From: Antedon mediterranea
Lineage: Eukaryota > Animalia > Echinodermata
NCBI RefSeq assembly: GCF_964355755.1
Contig: NC_092680.1
Span: 9,982,001 to 10,046,000, forward strand
Direction of reading: 5' to 3'
DNA: 64,000 bases
Below, in pieces: positions 1 through 14,400 of this stretch (within the stretch, counting starts at the first letter, position 1; every line of letters begins with the position of its first letter). Position numbers and translations under genes: made by a program. The notes below the pieces were generated by a model. That model searched no databases. It saw nothing but the letters and a program-made list of their open reading frames with translations, and had not been told where the DNA came from.

Positions 1-303
1 AATTATATCTCAACTGTAATAGTAATAGTAAATAACGATTATTTTATTTACCTGACATTTCGCCAACTATCAGTTGGCTTTCTCAAAGTGTGGTTAAGGA
101 ATACATCTGGATCAGGAAGACCCCCAATTTTAATAGAGATGAGGGCGGTTACAAACTCAGTCAATTGTGGACCAATGTGTTGACCAAGTCATCAAGAGGT
201 CAACTGTGACATACGTGTCACTACACTTTGAGAAAGCCAACTGATAGTTGGCGAAACTTCAGGTAAATAAAATATTATTTACTATTACGATTGAGATATT
301 ATA
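1..303 (+). mobile_element. Truncated Penelope-like element 3' end with inverted terminal copy
   Basis: Arms ~1-91 and ~223-303 are reverse complements; the spacer translates KEYIWIRKTPNFNRDEGGYKLSQLWTNVL (PLE GIY-YIG C-terminal NRDxG motif); hammerhead-like motif in each arm. Confidence 0.8.
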
Positions 304-1187
304 CAAATAATGAATGTTTATGAGTGTAATGGTACAAATAATGGCATGAGGTGAATGATAAAATGTTATATCAACGAGGCAACGCCGAGTTGATATAACC
401 TTTCATCATTCACCAAATGCCATTATTTGTACCATTACACGAATATAAAACATTCATTATTTGTTTTATATAACATAAATAAATCCCTGTCATTTGAATC
501 AAATAAAAGGTAGGCCTAGCCAAGGCCTACATTTGTTTCACATTGATTAACAGTAAAATTTGGTTTTTAATAATTATATTAGATATTATTATTTATATGG
601 ATTTTATAAATGCACCTACTGTTAGTGTTAATTATGTCAACAAACAATCCTAGGCCTAGCAAGGCTAAAACGCCTAGGCCAGCCTAATACTAACAGGCCT
701 AGCCTAAGCCTACTACTACCTACTACTACTACTAGGCTAGGCTGAAAGACAGAAATACAAAACTTCGACAGGCAACTGGAATTAATCCAGGCTAATTATG
801 TTTTTTTGCAACGATTCCACGTCTTGTAGAGATGTTCCCAGTAATTAATCAAAATCCTAAAAATGATCCTAATTTAAATGCCTTTTTGAATGAAATTAGT
901 ACATATAATATCTCCAAATCATACACCAAAATCTGCTGCTGCATATCTCGCGGTTGTTTTTACAAACAAAACTGAGGCCAGACGACAGGTGGCGCTGTTG
1001 TATTTCACAGTAAAAATATATACTAGATTTTTTTTTTCATCCGCGAAACATTTTTTTTTTTCGTACACAAAAATGTTTTAAAAAGTACTATTAAACGATC
1101 GTTTAATAGTGCGTACTATTGCACGCCATGCATGTAACCCACATTCGTCCAATCAAATGACAGGAATTTATTTAGGTGTTATATAAA
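300..1187. mobile_element. Non-autonomous repeat family A (long left hairpin + internal inverted repeat), copy 1
   Basis: Hairpin arms ~302-377/387-467 around GAGGCAACGCCGAG; TTATATAACA...TGTTATATAA ends; homologous copies at 10284-10791 and 56638-56797. Confidence 0.8.
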
Positions 1188-1196
1188 ATTAACTAA

Positions 1197-1620
1197 TTAC
1201 ATTTTATTTGTAATACCAACCGAATTAATCTTTTTAATGTGTATAATAGTTGAAATTACTTTTTGTAATCTGATTGATAGAACATGAGCTAAAATCTTAT
1301 AATCTACATTAATGAGTGTGATAGGTTGCCAGTTTTCTAACTTTTCTCTTTGTCCACTTTTGAAAAGTAAATGAATTATACCTCTCCTTTGTGAATTGGA
1401 AAGTATATTGTTGTGATAATTATAGTTCAGAGCTGTGCACAGCATTTCTTTTATATGGTCCTAAAACTTTCTGTAAAATTCAACACTCAAGCCATCAGAT
1501 CCTGGGCTTTTATTAAGGTGCATTTTTAAAACAGCATTTGTGCATTCATCAATTGATAATAATCCCTCACATATAGTATAGTCTTCAATTGAAAGTTTGC
1601 TTAAACATTTGATCTGTGTA
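1197..1620 (-). pseudogene. Tx1/L1-type LINE reverse transcriptase fragment
   Basis: KSPGSDGLSVEFY...SQRRGIIHLLFK...LENWQPITLINVDYKILA; contains stop/frameshift. Confidence 0.85.
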
Positions 1621-2331
1621 AGTACTCATTCATTTTTTTCTTTTAGAGGTTCTGGTTAAAACTATAGACAAAGGTAATCGATATAGTAGGCCTAATATTT
1701 TGAAGGCATCGAGCCCATAGTTTTAACCAGAAACTGAAAATAGGCAAAGCATATTCGTTATATATGAAAAACATTCAGTAGGTAGGTGTATTTATATGGT
1801 TGATACTATACAGTACTGTGATATAAAAAACATCATCATACAGTGATGTCATCCAAAGATTCCCATACTCGATATAAATATTATATCATAAAATACATAT
1901 TTGATACTGTACTATTTCAATCAGCATATTTAATTATCAATTTTTAAGCAATTATACAAGCTGAATTGTTCACAGTCAGGATTTTTATTTAAGCATTAAT
2001 TCTTATATTGCGCATAAAAAAGCTTTCTGTGTGCTGTTCAATCCAAAAGATTTTAAATGTGTTTATAGCCACAACATTTGAATTGTTATATTTTTGTTAA
2101 ATAACCTTGTTTCCCCTTAATTTCAATTCAAAAAAATATTCTTTTTGCTAAAAATTGTTGGCTTTATAATTTCAATGTCAATTTAAAATCTTGGAGACAA
2201 TGCAGAAAATTGAAAGAGAAATATGGGTGGGTGAATCTCAGGAGCTCTTATTTATAATGTTGTCTATTCTACTGTGTAATTCTCTATGACAGTCCAAAAT
2301 TCAAAAGGAAATAAGAGCAATAGTATCTTAC

Positions 2332-2446
2332 GTAAATGATCGTAGTAGAATGGGTAGGTGCCTTGCAAAGAGCAAATGAGTCGTGCTTTAATGTACGTAG
2401 TCCACATGCCATCTAAGCTACTTCCATCTACACCTCCAATATCATT
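2332..2446 (-). CDS. Semaphorin coding exon 8
   Basis: ttttatag|...|gtaaga; NDIGGVDGSSLDGMWTTYIKARLICSLQGTYPFYYDHL. Confidence 0.95.
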
Positions 2447-5400
2447 CTATAAAAACAAATTTTCAAAAAGACTTTTTTTAAAGTTTACAATCTTATGGAT
2501 TAAATGGTTTGCATAGTGAATAACTCACTAGCCAAGTTTATATTAGCATGGAGGTATACACCATCTGTTTAAAAAAAATAATTTGTTATGACATGATATA
2601 TGATATGGTTGAGAATAAATAGAATAAAATAGGTTATTATAATGCCTAAAATATTATTTAAACATGTTTAGAAATGGCCATTTTGAAAGACACAGATCCT
2701 TCTCAGAGACCTGTAAAATAAAAAATAAACAATTTAATTATTGATAATAAATATTTATTAACCAAATAAAAAATATCCACATAAATTCTAGAAAAAATCT
2801 AGTTCCTAAAAAATATCAATTAAATCTATAAAAAAGAAGAAAATTTATATCCCGCTCGCATGCATCCCCACTCCATACAAAATAGCGTGAATGCAATAAA
2901 AATGCGACCGATTTCAAATGCGACCGATATCATCAAAAGTATAGCTCTAGCGGCACGCCATACAAAATGCTGGAAGAGTTGATTTTATCGTGACCGATTT
3001 CAGCGTGACAGATATCATCATAAACCAACTGAAACCCCACGATGCCTTAATGTCATTTTATATTCATTCGGAAGTTCAAGATACCAGGACAATGCGAGTA
3101 GATATAGTATTTGTAGTTTGCGGTGCTAGAATTGCGCAAAACGTATGCTAAGAGGAGTGAACACCTGCTACATGAATTCATATGCCTATTTATTCACGGG
3201 TTCGAAAAGGCTTGGTAATTTTTCCCCATTTATCGCTCCTGGATTTTCTCGCACATCCTCTGCAAAACAAGACTGATATTGCTCAGAATAGTTAAGTGAT
3301 ATGGAAGCTTAGGCCTGAGTGAAGAGCAATTATTCAGGCACCCTACTATGTAGGACGATTGATCAAAATTCACTGCTATAAGGCTATTATCAGCTTAGCT
3401 AGGCCAAGCAGCATCGGCTGTACATACCTACAGTAGACTCTATTTATAGCCACGTCTTTCTCAGATCTCGTTTGACATTTTAGTAATAATCTCATAATCA
3501 CAGTATTACACTGTGAAAACATTATAGTGTCACATTCAGAATGTTTTAATATACTTTACGTGACGAGAACAGCTGCAGCAGCAGTGTGATAGTGAAAAAT
3601 GTATGTGATCATACTCCCTAGCATAATAAAAAAAAACACAGTTGCACCCTAACAGGGGAAAGTTTTTATTTGTACACCCTAACAGGGGAAAGTTTTTATT
3701 TACACAAAATTGTAGTAGTATACTTAATAGAAATCTGGAAAAATCATTTTAATATTTGTTTTTTTAGTGAAGAAATAATTTTTTTAAGATTATTCAAATT
3801 GCTCTTTTGCATGTAAAAGGATAGGAAATTTATACAAGGAATCCCTCCAAATCATGAAAAGGCGTGGCTTTAAAGGAAATTGTACATTTGGAGAACAATT
3901 TTTTTCAAATATGAAGTATGAAGGATGATATTTTAAATACCAGTTGAAATGTATGAAAAATTGAAATTTTTGGGGTGGAGATCAAGCATTTATTTATTAC
4001 ATTATTTATTTCTTTAATATCAGACAAGGAAAAAGCAAAAATGTGTTGGGGAAACAGAAGAACCTAATAGAACACCCCTATTTCCTTGACATGAACAAGA
4101 GGAAATATATGTTTTTAACACCTTGAAACATCTATTTATAAAAGGATCACTTTTTTAGTTCTTGACGGTGTACTGTGTGTAAAAATAAGACCTAGTAGTG
4201 AGCCAATCAAATTATACATTATTAGAAAGCATTTCCCCCCACATAAAACTAATCCTGAGTGATGGGAAGGTAGCTCAAAACATTGGGAACCTCCTATAAT
4301 TGTCAGGAAGGTTTGAAGATAGTAGTTGTATACTTACTTTACAGACAGCAGCCACTCTAGCATACACTGCATCTCCTTCATTATTAAATTCTTGAGCATG
4401 TTCTCGAAAGAAGAAATACACACGATCTCCATACTCAATTGGTTTTCCAACAAATTGTGGAGCTAAAAAAAAGTTTTACATTCATTATTAAGTCAATTTG
4501 AATGAATTTATTTAATCAATTGTTGTTGGTGGACATCAAAATTTCCACACAAAAAAAGTTAGTTCATTGTGCGCATGCGAGAGTATTGTATTGTATGTCT
4601 TCGCTCACCTTAACACAGGTTTGAAGGTTTCTAGGTCCAGACGATGACCGATGACACCTGTTGGTCCTCGGTTGTAAAACTAAACTGCATAACTTATTTT
4701 TTAAATTTACAGTAAATTTCAAATACTACAGCATTGAACTTACCATCTAACCATTTCTCATATGACTTGTCAATTATAACTTTTGTTTTATCATTTAAGT
4801 CTGAAATGTTGGATCTTCGAATCATTGGAATGGTCTCGGCACTGTTGTGCGTTGTCGCCGTATACAATCTCTTTTCATCTATGATTATAACGAAATAAAC
4901 AAATATTGTAAGTTATCGTATTATATAATGTATTTGGCAACTGAATATCATTAATTTACTTGGTTATAACATTGTAATAAATTACCATTCCTAACACATT
5001 ATCATATTCAAATTCAAATATTCTTTATTCATCATCAATCATGAAAATATACAACAATATATGAGAACATAAAAAAAAAAAAATAAAAAGGAAACACATA
5101 AAAACTCAAAAGAGCTTGATTAATTGTGTCCCCCTACATCCCTAACTACTAGCCTAAAAACTAAAACATAAATAATAAAAAAAGCTAAATCCTGCAACAA
5201 GTATTATTTTAAAATTATTTGTAAAATGATAATAAATGTTCTTTAAACAATGATTTAAATATAAATATTGATTTGGTACTTTGTAGTTCGTAATTCAAGT
5301 CATTCCACAATTTAGGTCCCACACATGACACAGTAAAACTAGTAGAAGTACGATTACGTTTTCTGAGTCTCATTTTGTCTTTAGATCTTGTATTATAATA

Positions 5401-8400
5401 ATGGTAAGAACCATTTTTAATAAAGAGCGATGAAAAACGCACGTCCTGATTAGTAGTAACATTATACATGAAAAGCCCAATTTGGTACCTATTGATATCC
5501 GCAATTTTAAGAAGTTTAAATTTATAGAAACATTCAGTCATTGAATCATTAAACTTTGACCATGTTATACTTATAGCTCGTAATGCCCTTTTCTGGAGTT
5601 TAAATAACTCATCTAGATAACTTGGAAATGTACTACACCATATTATGTTGCAATAATTTAATACTGGTTCAATGAGTGATTTGTATAAAATGTCTTACTT
5701 TATATAGTATGCCTACGGAGATATTTTCCTAGCTGTAACATTGATGTGATTCTTATGTGAGAAATTCATCAATATGTACTCAAAGGAATTTAGTCGATTT
5801 AACTCTACAGTATCTATTCTTTTATTGTTGACATAAATATTTACATTCTCTAATTTACTTGGATTTCGCTGATTGCGGAAAATTATGTAATTAGTTTTTT
5901 TAACGTTGATTGATAGTTTATTGCACATGAACCAATCCGAAACATTTTTTAGTTCACCATTAACTAGATCTATGAGCGTATCCAAGTTTTCGTGAGATGC
6001 AGATATATTTGTGTCCTCAGCAAATAAAACAAAAGATAACGAGTTTGAGCAATTAAATACATCGTTAATGTACAAAATAAAAAGTAGAGGCCCCAGAATT
6101 GAACCCTGTGGTACACCGCAATTTATATCCATCAAACACGAACTTGTGTTATCAATAGACGTAAATTGTTTCCTTCCACTAATATAGTTTCTAAACCATT
6201 TAAGTGCCGTGCCTCTTATGCCATAGTGTTCCAATTTTTTTAGAAGTATATCATGGTTGATGGTGTCAAAACGCTTTTGACAAATCAATAAATATACCGA
6301 TGGTATTTTTTTTCTTATCAACCGCATCGGTTATTCGTTCAACCAGATCTATAACGGCCATAAAAGTAGAACTGTTTTTTCTGAAACCATATTGTGCATT
6401 ATTAAGGATGTTAAACTTTGTGATATAATTGAATTTTTGAAGCGGTAGGCAGAATAGAGATTGGCCTATAATTACTGACATCACTTTTATTGCCAGATTT
6501 AAAAATTGGAACTACTCTAGCTACTTTCATACTATCAGGGACCATGCCTGTCTCAAGAGAGAGGTTAAAGATATGTACAAGAGGAGATGCCACAGCAGCA
6601 ATAATATGTTTTAGAATGCGATTACTTAAGTTATCAACACCTTCTGAATTTGAATTTTTGATTTGACTAACTATTTCAATAACCTCTTCTTCATTCGTAG
6701 GATTGAAAAATATAGATTGGGATTGACTCTCTTTCAGTTTCATATATTGTTTAAAGTCAGAATTGTTTACATTTGGTATTTTGTTTGCTAATTCATTTCC
6801 AATGTTGGAGAAGAAGTCATTAAAAGCGTCATACATACCTTTTGGATCACATACCAAAGTTTTATTACTATGGTTAATTACCTCATTTGGCCTAACACTC
6901 GATTTTTTTGGTTATCCGCACTTGGCGGATAACCCCTTGTTATTGTCAGGATCTTTTTTTTTTTCTTTTTTTTTTTCTATGTTCTTCTTTCTTTCCACGA
7001 TTTTTGTTCGCAGCGTATCTCTAATTTTGGCCAACATATGATTGTATAACTTTGTCAAAAGATTGCTCTGTAGCTGTAGATGTGCAACAAACTTTTTTTT
7101 TTTAATTTCGAGTCGCGCAGCGTAAGTTACGCGCGATTTTATGAATTTCAATGATTGATCATAGATTAAAAACCAAAAGTCATTTTCTATTGAAACTTGG
7201 TGAAAATTTAAGTTATATCATGCTCAAACTTTCTATGGATTAAAAATGGCATGTTTCACATAAAGTTACGCGCGTTCAAAATTTCAAAATGCGCAAAATT
7301 CATTTCTAATCAACTTTCTATGCGTTTCATGTCATTTTGAGCATTTCAAAAATTCCCACGCGTGCGCAATATTTTTACGCGCGCTTGCGCACGTAGCGCA
7401 AAAACATCTTTTTTTGGCTTGATTTTTGTTTTTTCAGCCTTCTCTAGTAATTTTACCAACTTTCAAACAATTTCGACTTAAAATCACGTCATACGAGCAC
7501 GTAAAATCGAACAATTTGCGCGCGTTTTTGAAAAAAAAATTCAAAATTGTGTCAAAATTATACCTTTTTTTGAACAGTCATAGATTTTAAACTACATGGT
7601 GAATTTTATTTTTGTTTACATATTCTGAAAGTAGATGAGTTGTAGATATAGAATCATGCATCGATTAAGCTAACCGGACATTGTGACGTCATCGTATGGC
7701 CACTCGAATATAAAATATAGGATTTTTGTCTCTTTCGCATAGCTCATCACATTTAATAGATCGCATCTCCACTTATCCGTATTCCATTTCCCCCCATTTT
7801 GTTATATTGTCTAGGCCAATCAATTATCGTTCGCATAATCTACCATTTTTTAAATTGTGATGACGTCATCATGTCCAAAAGCGTCAATAACTTTGGTCCC
7901 TTATTTTCACCTATTCTGCACTGTATGTAGTACGTATACAGAATATAGTGTATACCGTATATACTTATACGTGACGCAAAACAGAGAACGCACTAAATTT
8001 GTTTTCAATGGCATAATCTTTTTTCTGCGTGCAATATTCCGACGTGTGGCGTGCGCGTGGCTTTTGCGATGCGGATAACCTAACTCGTCCGTAGTGACGA
8101 GTTCCTTTCCATGTTTGCTTTGAATCGTGTCGAGCCGCATCCAGTTTTTTGGAATAATATTGTTTTTTTCCGAATTCTAATTAAATGAGTTAATTTGTTT
8201 TTGTACTTTTTAAATATTTGTTTTAATAATTGTGTTGGGTTTTTAAGGTATTTTTTATAAAGTTTATTTTTTTTTTTTATTGAAATCAAAATTCCTGTTG
8301 TGATCCATGGGTTTTTCTTTGTATTACCATTTGGCTTATTACTTTTTGTAGGTATGTTATTATCTATGAGATTGGATAGTTTTTTAATAAATAGTGTCTA

Positions 8401-11400
8401 CATTCTAGAATAAGATGTTTTGATTTAAGAAACCATGTATAATTAATAAGTACAATCAGGAACATTCCAGTAGGGAGGAGGGAGAAGGATTTTTGTTTGA
8501 AGCATTTATTTTGAAGAAGGTTGGATATTAGAGGTTGGGTATTCGATTGTAAAAGTTACTGTGAAGCTGTTAAGTGCTTACTGGATTGTTGAAAGTTGAA
8601 GTTGATTGAAATTAAAGCTTTGTTTTGAGTTATTTTACAACTTTGTGGACTTTTGGTGTATACTTTTATGTCACAACGGAGTTCCTAAAGTATTTTCAAC
8701 CGCTCGGAAACATACGTAAGGGAGTTTGTGACACTCATATCGTAGGCCTACAGTATGTGCTGTATAAGCAATTGATTTACCAAATGTTAAATAATAACCA
8801 TGCTGTGCTTAGCAATTAATGAGACTTACAATTTCCAATATTTATCGCTGTAAGTTCGCTTATGATTTTTTGGTTCTTACAAAATAAATCTTTGTTTATA
8901 CCTATTGTAAAATATTCATCTTAGTTTTGATAATTGTATGTTCTTGAAAAAATGTTATGAAGTTGAGGATAATAATTCGAACTAGATTTGAACTCGTCAC
9001 TTTTATATTCTGGTGGCCAAACGATGACGTCATAACATCCGAGAGGCAACAATTTTACAAGAATTCATATCTACAACTTACCTATTTGCATTAATACAAA
9101 TTTGGGGCCTCAGAACATTTTTGAAAAAATGGATGCTCACACACTGTTTAATAGGCAGAGCAACTGTTTCCATTACATTTAATAACAACAGTTACATAAT
9201 GTAAATATAATTAAATCCTTCCTTAATACTGTACGGATCTTTTTTGACGAACTAATAATAAACTTTGATAGAAAAATACTTCAAACAAAATGAACATTTG
9301 GTAATGCGGTACTCCGAAAATGCCTCGATAGTGCATGTGTTAGTATATGGTACTGTGTTTTGGTGGTCTGTTAACCTCAGATATACTGTATACCCTACAG
9401 CCTGGTGAATAACTCAATGTAATTTAGTAAATACAGTACAATGATTGCAGTAATCTATAACACAAATCAATAAAACGCCAAATACGCCACACACTTTTTT
9501 TCAGTAGTGTACTGTACATACAAGACATTTCATGTTTATTTTATGCCTATGAAATAATAAAAGAACACCATAGTTCTAGTTTATTTTTATCGTTTATACT
9601 GCATATACTATTATATATAAAAAAACCTTCATAGGCATGAAAAAAGTTCACGATATTACACACCACTCTGTACAGGGGTGTAAATATACCATGCTAACTC
9701 TTGCACACACGGACCAGGGCGGTAATCTAAAATGGAAAATGGTGTATTTTTTAAGAGTGATGACATCAGCATTCACATGAGGAGCGAGCTAGACAACGTG
9801 ACGCTGGTACTAGGAGTGCGTATGTTTTGAAAATAACTTGTGGATATTTTCCAAAGATTTTAAATCGCATTTTCTTTTTAAAATCTTGAATTTCATAAAT
9901 AGTAATTAAAATCTTAGCTCTTTCATTCATCACTATGTAGGCCTAATTTACACAACTATACAGTAATGCTAACCCTAGCTCTAGCCTACTCTTCTTAATT
10001 AAAAGAGTCAGGTGCGTCAAAATCTACGTCTAGCGACGGTCGCAGGTTGGTTGCATCTTTTTTTTTTTTAGAATTAAGGGGGGCTAGCCACCCTCTTCAC
10101 CCCCTAGATCCGCCATTGAAGAAGTAAGAGTTAAGAAAGAATATGAGAGGTACGGAAGAAGTGAGCGTTAAGAAATAAAATGTGAGGTAAGAAAGAAATG
10201 AGAGTTAAGAAAGAAAACGTGAGGTATGGAAGAAGTGAGAGTTAAGAAAGAGAATGAGAGGTTAGAAAGAAAATGAGAGTTAATATACAAATAATGAATG
10301 TTTATGAGTGTAATGGTACAAATAATGGCACTTGGTAAATGATGAAAGGTTATATTTCAACTCGGCGGATAATGGCACGAGGTGAATGATGAAAGGTTAT
10401 ATTTCAACGAGGCGGAGCCGAGTTGAAATATAACCTTTCATCATTCACCAAGTGCCATTATTTGTACCATTACACGAATACAAAACATTCATTATTTGTT
10501 TTATATAACATCTAAATAAATTCCTAAATAAATTTCGTACTCAAATGTTTAAAAGAAAAACGAAACTGAGACCAGACGACAGGTGGCGCTGTTGTATTTC
10601 ACAGTACAGAGCCATATCATAGGATAATTTGTGTACTAGATTTTTTTTCATCCGCGAGACGTTTTTTTTTCGTACACAAAAATGTTTCAAAAAGTACTAT
10701 TTAACGATCGTTGAATAGTGCGTACTATTGCACGCCATGTGACCCACATTCGTCCAATCAAATGACAGGAATTTATATAGGTGTTATATAATAAAGAATA
10801 TGAGAGGTTCAGAAGAAGTGAGAGTTAAGAAAGAAATTAATAGAGTAAACAAATCCTCTTTCTATTGCCGTATCCATTCATTTATATAAGTTACAGAAAC
10901 CCTATCATATAATTACACACAATATACATACAATATTTTTTATATTTAGTTACAGAAACCCTATCTCATATAATTACACACAATATGCATATAATAACAT
11001 TTTTTATATTTAGTTACTGAAACCCTATCTCATATAATTATATAATTACACTCAATATACATACAGCATTTACCTGAGTGTGGTATATTGACAAGTATAG
11101 ATGATATATTCTGATTTGGATTGAATGCTCCAATCTCTTTACCACTGTATAATCCAAGGGCAGGATTCTCACCATTGTCATCAACTACACATTCTTCAAT
11201 TAACTTGGGATTTCTTGGATCTCTTTCGAAATTCTTAATAAAAAAGCATAGATAAATTAATTAAGCGCTTGGAAAATGAACGTAATACTTGACATGAATA
11301 TTAAGGAGAGTAACAGAAGACATGATAATTTCGGCTCATATTGAAGATAAAGATTTAGACAATGCGAGCACCCTCTATTTATAGGTTAGGGTTCAGGAGT

Positions 11401-14400
11401 TACTGACAACAAGTCTGTATTTATTGTCTTTTTTATGTCATTCCACACGTCGTCGTTTTGATTTTTGTCTGAAAATACAGACTTCTGAAACACATAGAAA
11501 TCAATTTGCAGACCACAAACATCCGATAAGAATGACGTAGGTTATCATATTGTATTTGGCTATAGGGCGGGCGGTATGTAAATATGGATTTCGAATCAAC
11601 CAATGATCATTTTGTTTAAAAATGAAAAGATCGAGTACGTACAGTGCTGAATGTACAATCGAGACTGAACAACTGTTGAAATATAAAATCGTGTTGCCAA
11701 GGAAATATAAAATAGTGCTGCCAAGTTGTTTTGTTTATTAATTGTCTAGGCCTCCTTCGTAGGCCTACTTAACTCGTACGTAGCCTATGACCTGCCATAA
11801 AACGTCAATAAGGTACATACCCCCACCAAGACAGCCCAACAGAGCTACACCACCACGGACACGACAGGCTAGGAGGACAGGGTCTGGGTGGGAATTAAAT
11901 AATCTCAGCATAATAAATCCATTCAATGTTTGATTTGTGGAGAAGCTAGCCTATCATATCAAGAAGAGTTTTCATGTTCTTGGAGAAAATCCCATCAAAT
12001 GTTTACCAGACAACTAGGCATATAAAATCATTTCTTGCCTTCAGAAACTTTTATCAATGTACAAAAGTACACACGTGTGTACTGTACGTCTCCACACATT
12101 GTCTAAACGTAACATAGCGCATGCGCATCATCTTAGTTGTTGTGAGTCCTTGAAATTCTAAAATATAAATATCAAAACAGCGTACGAGTGAGTAGCCAAT
12201 CACATGCGGCTGAAACTAGTCAACTGGATAATCTATGCACCAAGAATTCTTGGTGTCAAACCATGTGACTTATGCGTTTTTTCCCCAGACGGAGTATTCA
12301 AACTCAAGTAATAAACATATGAAACGACATGTGCAAAAATATTTATATTTTTACTAATAGTAATATTAAGACAAAACTTCGTCTGGAGCCCAGACTAACA
12401 ACAACTGATACGAAAAGATTTAGAGATGCAAGGAGGTAAACAATATAGTTTAAAACTTAGAAATAATAATAATAATATGACTATATTGTACAATGCTGTG
12501 ATTCGTATCATTGTATACTCTATAATGTACTGGTTTATGTTGCTACTTGTTGTAGTTTTCACGTAGCCTATTGCGAGAATAAATCAAGAGGATTCAGTCG
12601 AGATCCTTGCATATACTGTATACAATCACTAATCTCCAGTGTTTTCATTTCTGACACACCTAGATTTTAAAAAGCATTTGTAACTTTCTTTCTCTGCCAT
12701 ATAGACAAAAAAACGTACATGAAAACAGAACAAAACTACAGTAGATTTGAACTTGTCACTTTTTTGGTAAAATATATTGTTTCAAATTAATTAATTAAAT
12801 TTCAGAATATCACCGGGCGGTTTAGAATTAATGTTCTTTGCCTGATTTGTTTATATATATAAAAGTATCTCTTCGGAGATCCCGCCTCGTGAATAAAAAT
12901 ACTGAAAGATGAGGGCGTATCAATTTGATCTGTGGTGCGCGTGCGTACAACTGAGGACTAGTGCTGTTCCACCATACCATGCCGAGAATGTTAAAGAGTC
13001 GCTATCCAATCGAGTTTGAACAATACCATGAGAAAGCCCCAGTGGTCTAATGGTTAAGACATCTGCATATCAAGCAGGCGGTCCGAGTTCGAGTCTCGGT
13101 TGGGGGTGACTTTTTCTCATTCTCACAGATTTCCTCATCTTTATCGTTTCAAATTAATTAATTAAATTTCAGTATATCACCGGGTGGTTTAGAATTAATG
13201 TTCTTTGCCTGATTTGTTTATATTAATATATATTATTATGCCATCCTACAGTGCTGAATTGTATCTATTTTGTGTCATACGGCATATTACAGTATTTACA
13301 GAATATACAGTACTATTATGTACAGTGTAGCACAAAATTACGAGACTCATCTTTTTAATCCAATTATTAGCATGATGATGTCATCAAATTGACATATAAA
13401 GGTAATATTTTAGAAGATAAATATCTAGATAATTACATTAATAAAAATTCGAAGAATTTTGGGCACGTAAAAGTGAGATGCGCTTTTTTTTTAACGCGAT
13501 GAACTTTTATAAAAGATATGAAAATGTGACTGGCCATATAATGACGTCATGACAGCAGATAGATAAAATTTGTATATGAAATTAATTCATCTACAATTCA
13601 ACAGCTTTCCATAAGTTTTAATCATGTGGGCCACTTATCATTCCGATGAGCTATAACAGATTAAAATATACTGTATAGATGAAATTAGGTAACTCACGTT
13701 TGTTAATATGACGTAACAAAAATTTAAATTTTTTTAACGCATGTGAAAGAGAATTGATTTAGCAAGAACATATTGAAATCTAGGAGAAAATGGAGAACAC
13801 ATTAGCGCGATGCGCTCTATTAAAAGGGATTAACTAGTACAAAAGAGAAAAATAATCTATTTTTAAAATTTGAGTGACCATATAGTGACGTCAGAACCTT
13901 CTGTAGGTACAGATTGTACATGAATTGATATCTACAACTCATTAGCTTCCATAATACATTTTTTTAAATGGGGTAACCTGCCATCCTGAAGAGCTATAAC
14001 TGATTTAAAATAGGTATAAGTTTAACCAGCGTCCTTATTTTGCAATTAAAGTTTAAAATCAAAATGAATAAAATCTACTACAGAAGGTATGAAAAACAAA
14101 AATCAATTGCAAAAACCATTTTTCTACGCTCAAAATTTTGAAATGCTCATATGAACTGAAATGTACACGAAATTGATTAGAAATTAATTTTGAAATTTTG
14201 CGCATAATTTTTTTTGCGTAGAACGCCTTTTTTATCATGTTAAAAGTTGCTCCATATTATGACATACACTTTTATAAAGTTTCATTAAAAAATAATTTTT
14301 TGCTCAGAATTTTTTAGCAACAATAACATTTATAAAATCGCGCGTAAGTTACGCTGCGCGACTTCAAAGTCATATAACGCAGTTCTTGCACATCTACAGT

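Noticed and set aside
2655-2712. Strong acceptor ttttacag|GTCTCTGAGAAGG as a possible semaphorin exon
   Set aside because: The same sequence occurs at ~47581-47640 inside a TIR element, has no Sema motif and hits a stop; exons 7 and 8 join in frame without it
13036-13107. Bona fide tRNA-Asp or selenocysteine tRNA gene
   Set aside because: Loop ATATCAA gives ATC rather than GTC or TCA, position 32 is a purine, there is no long variable arm, the acceptor stem is mismatched, and it sits in a repeat unit
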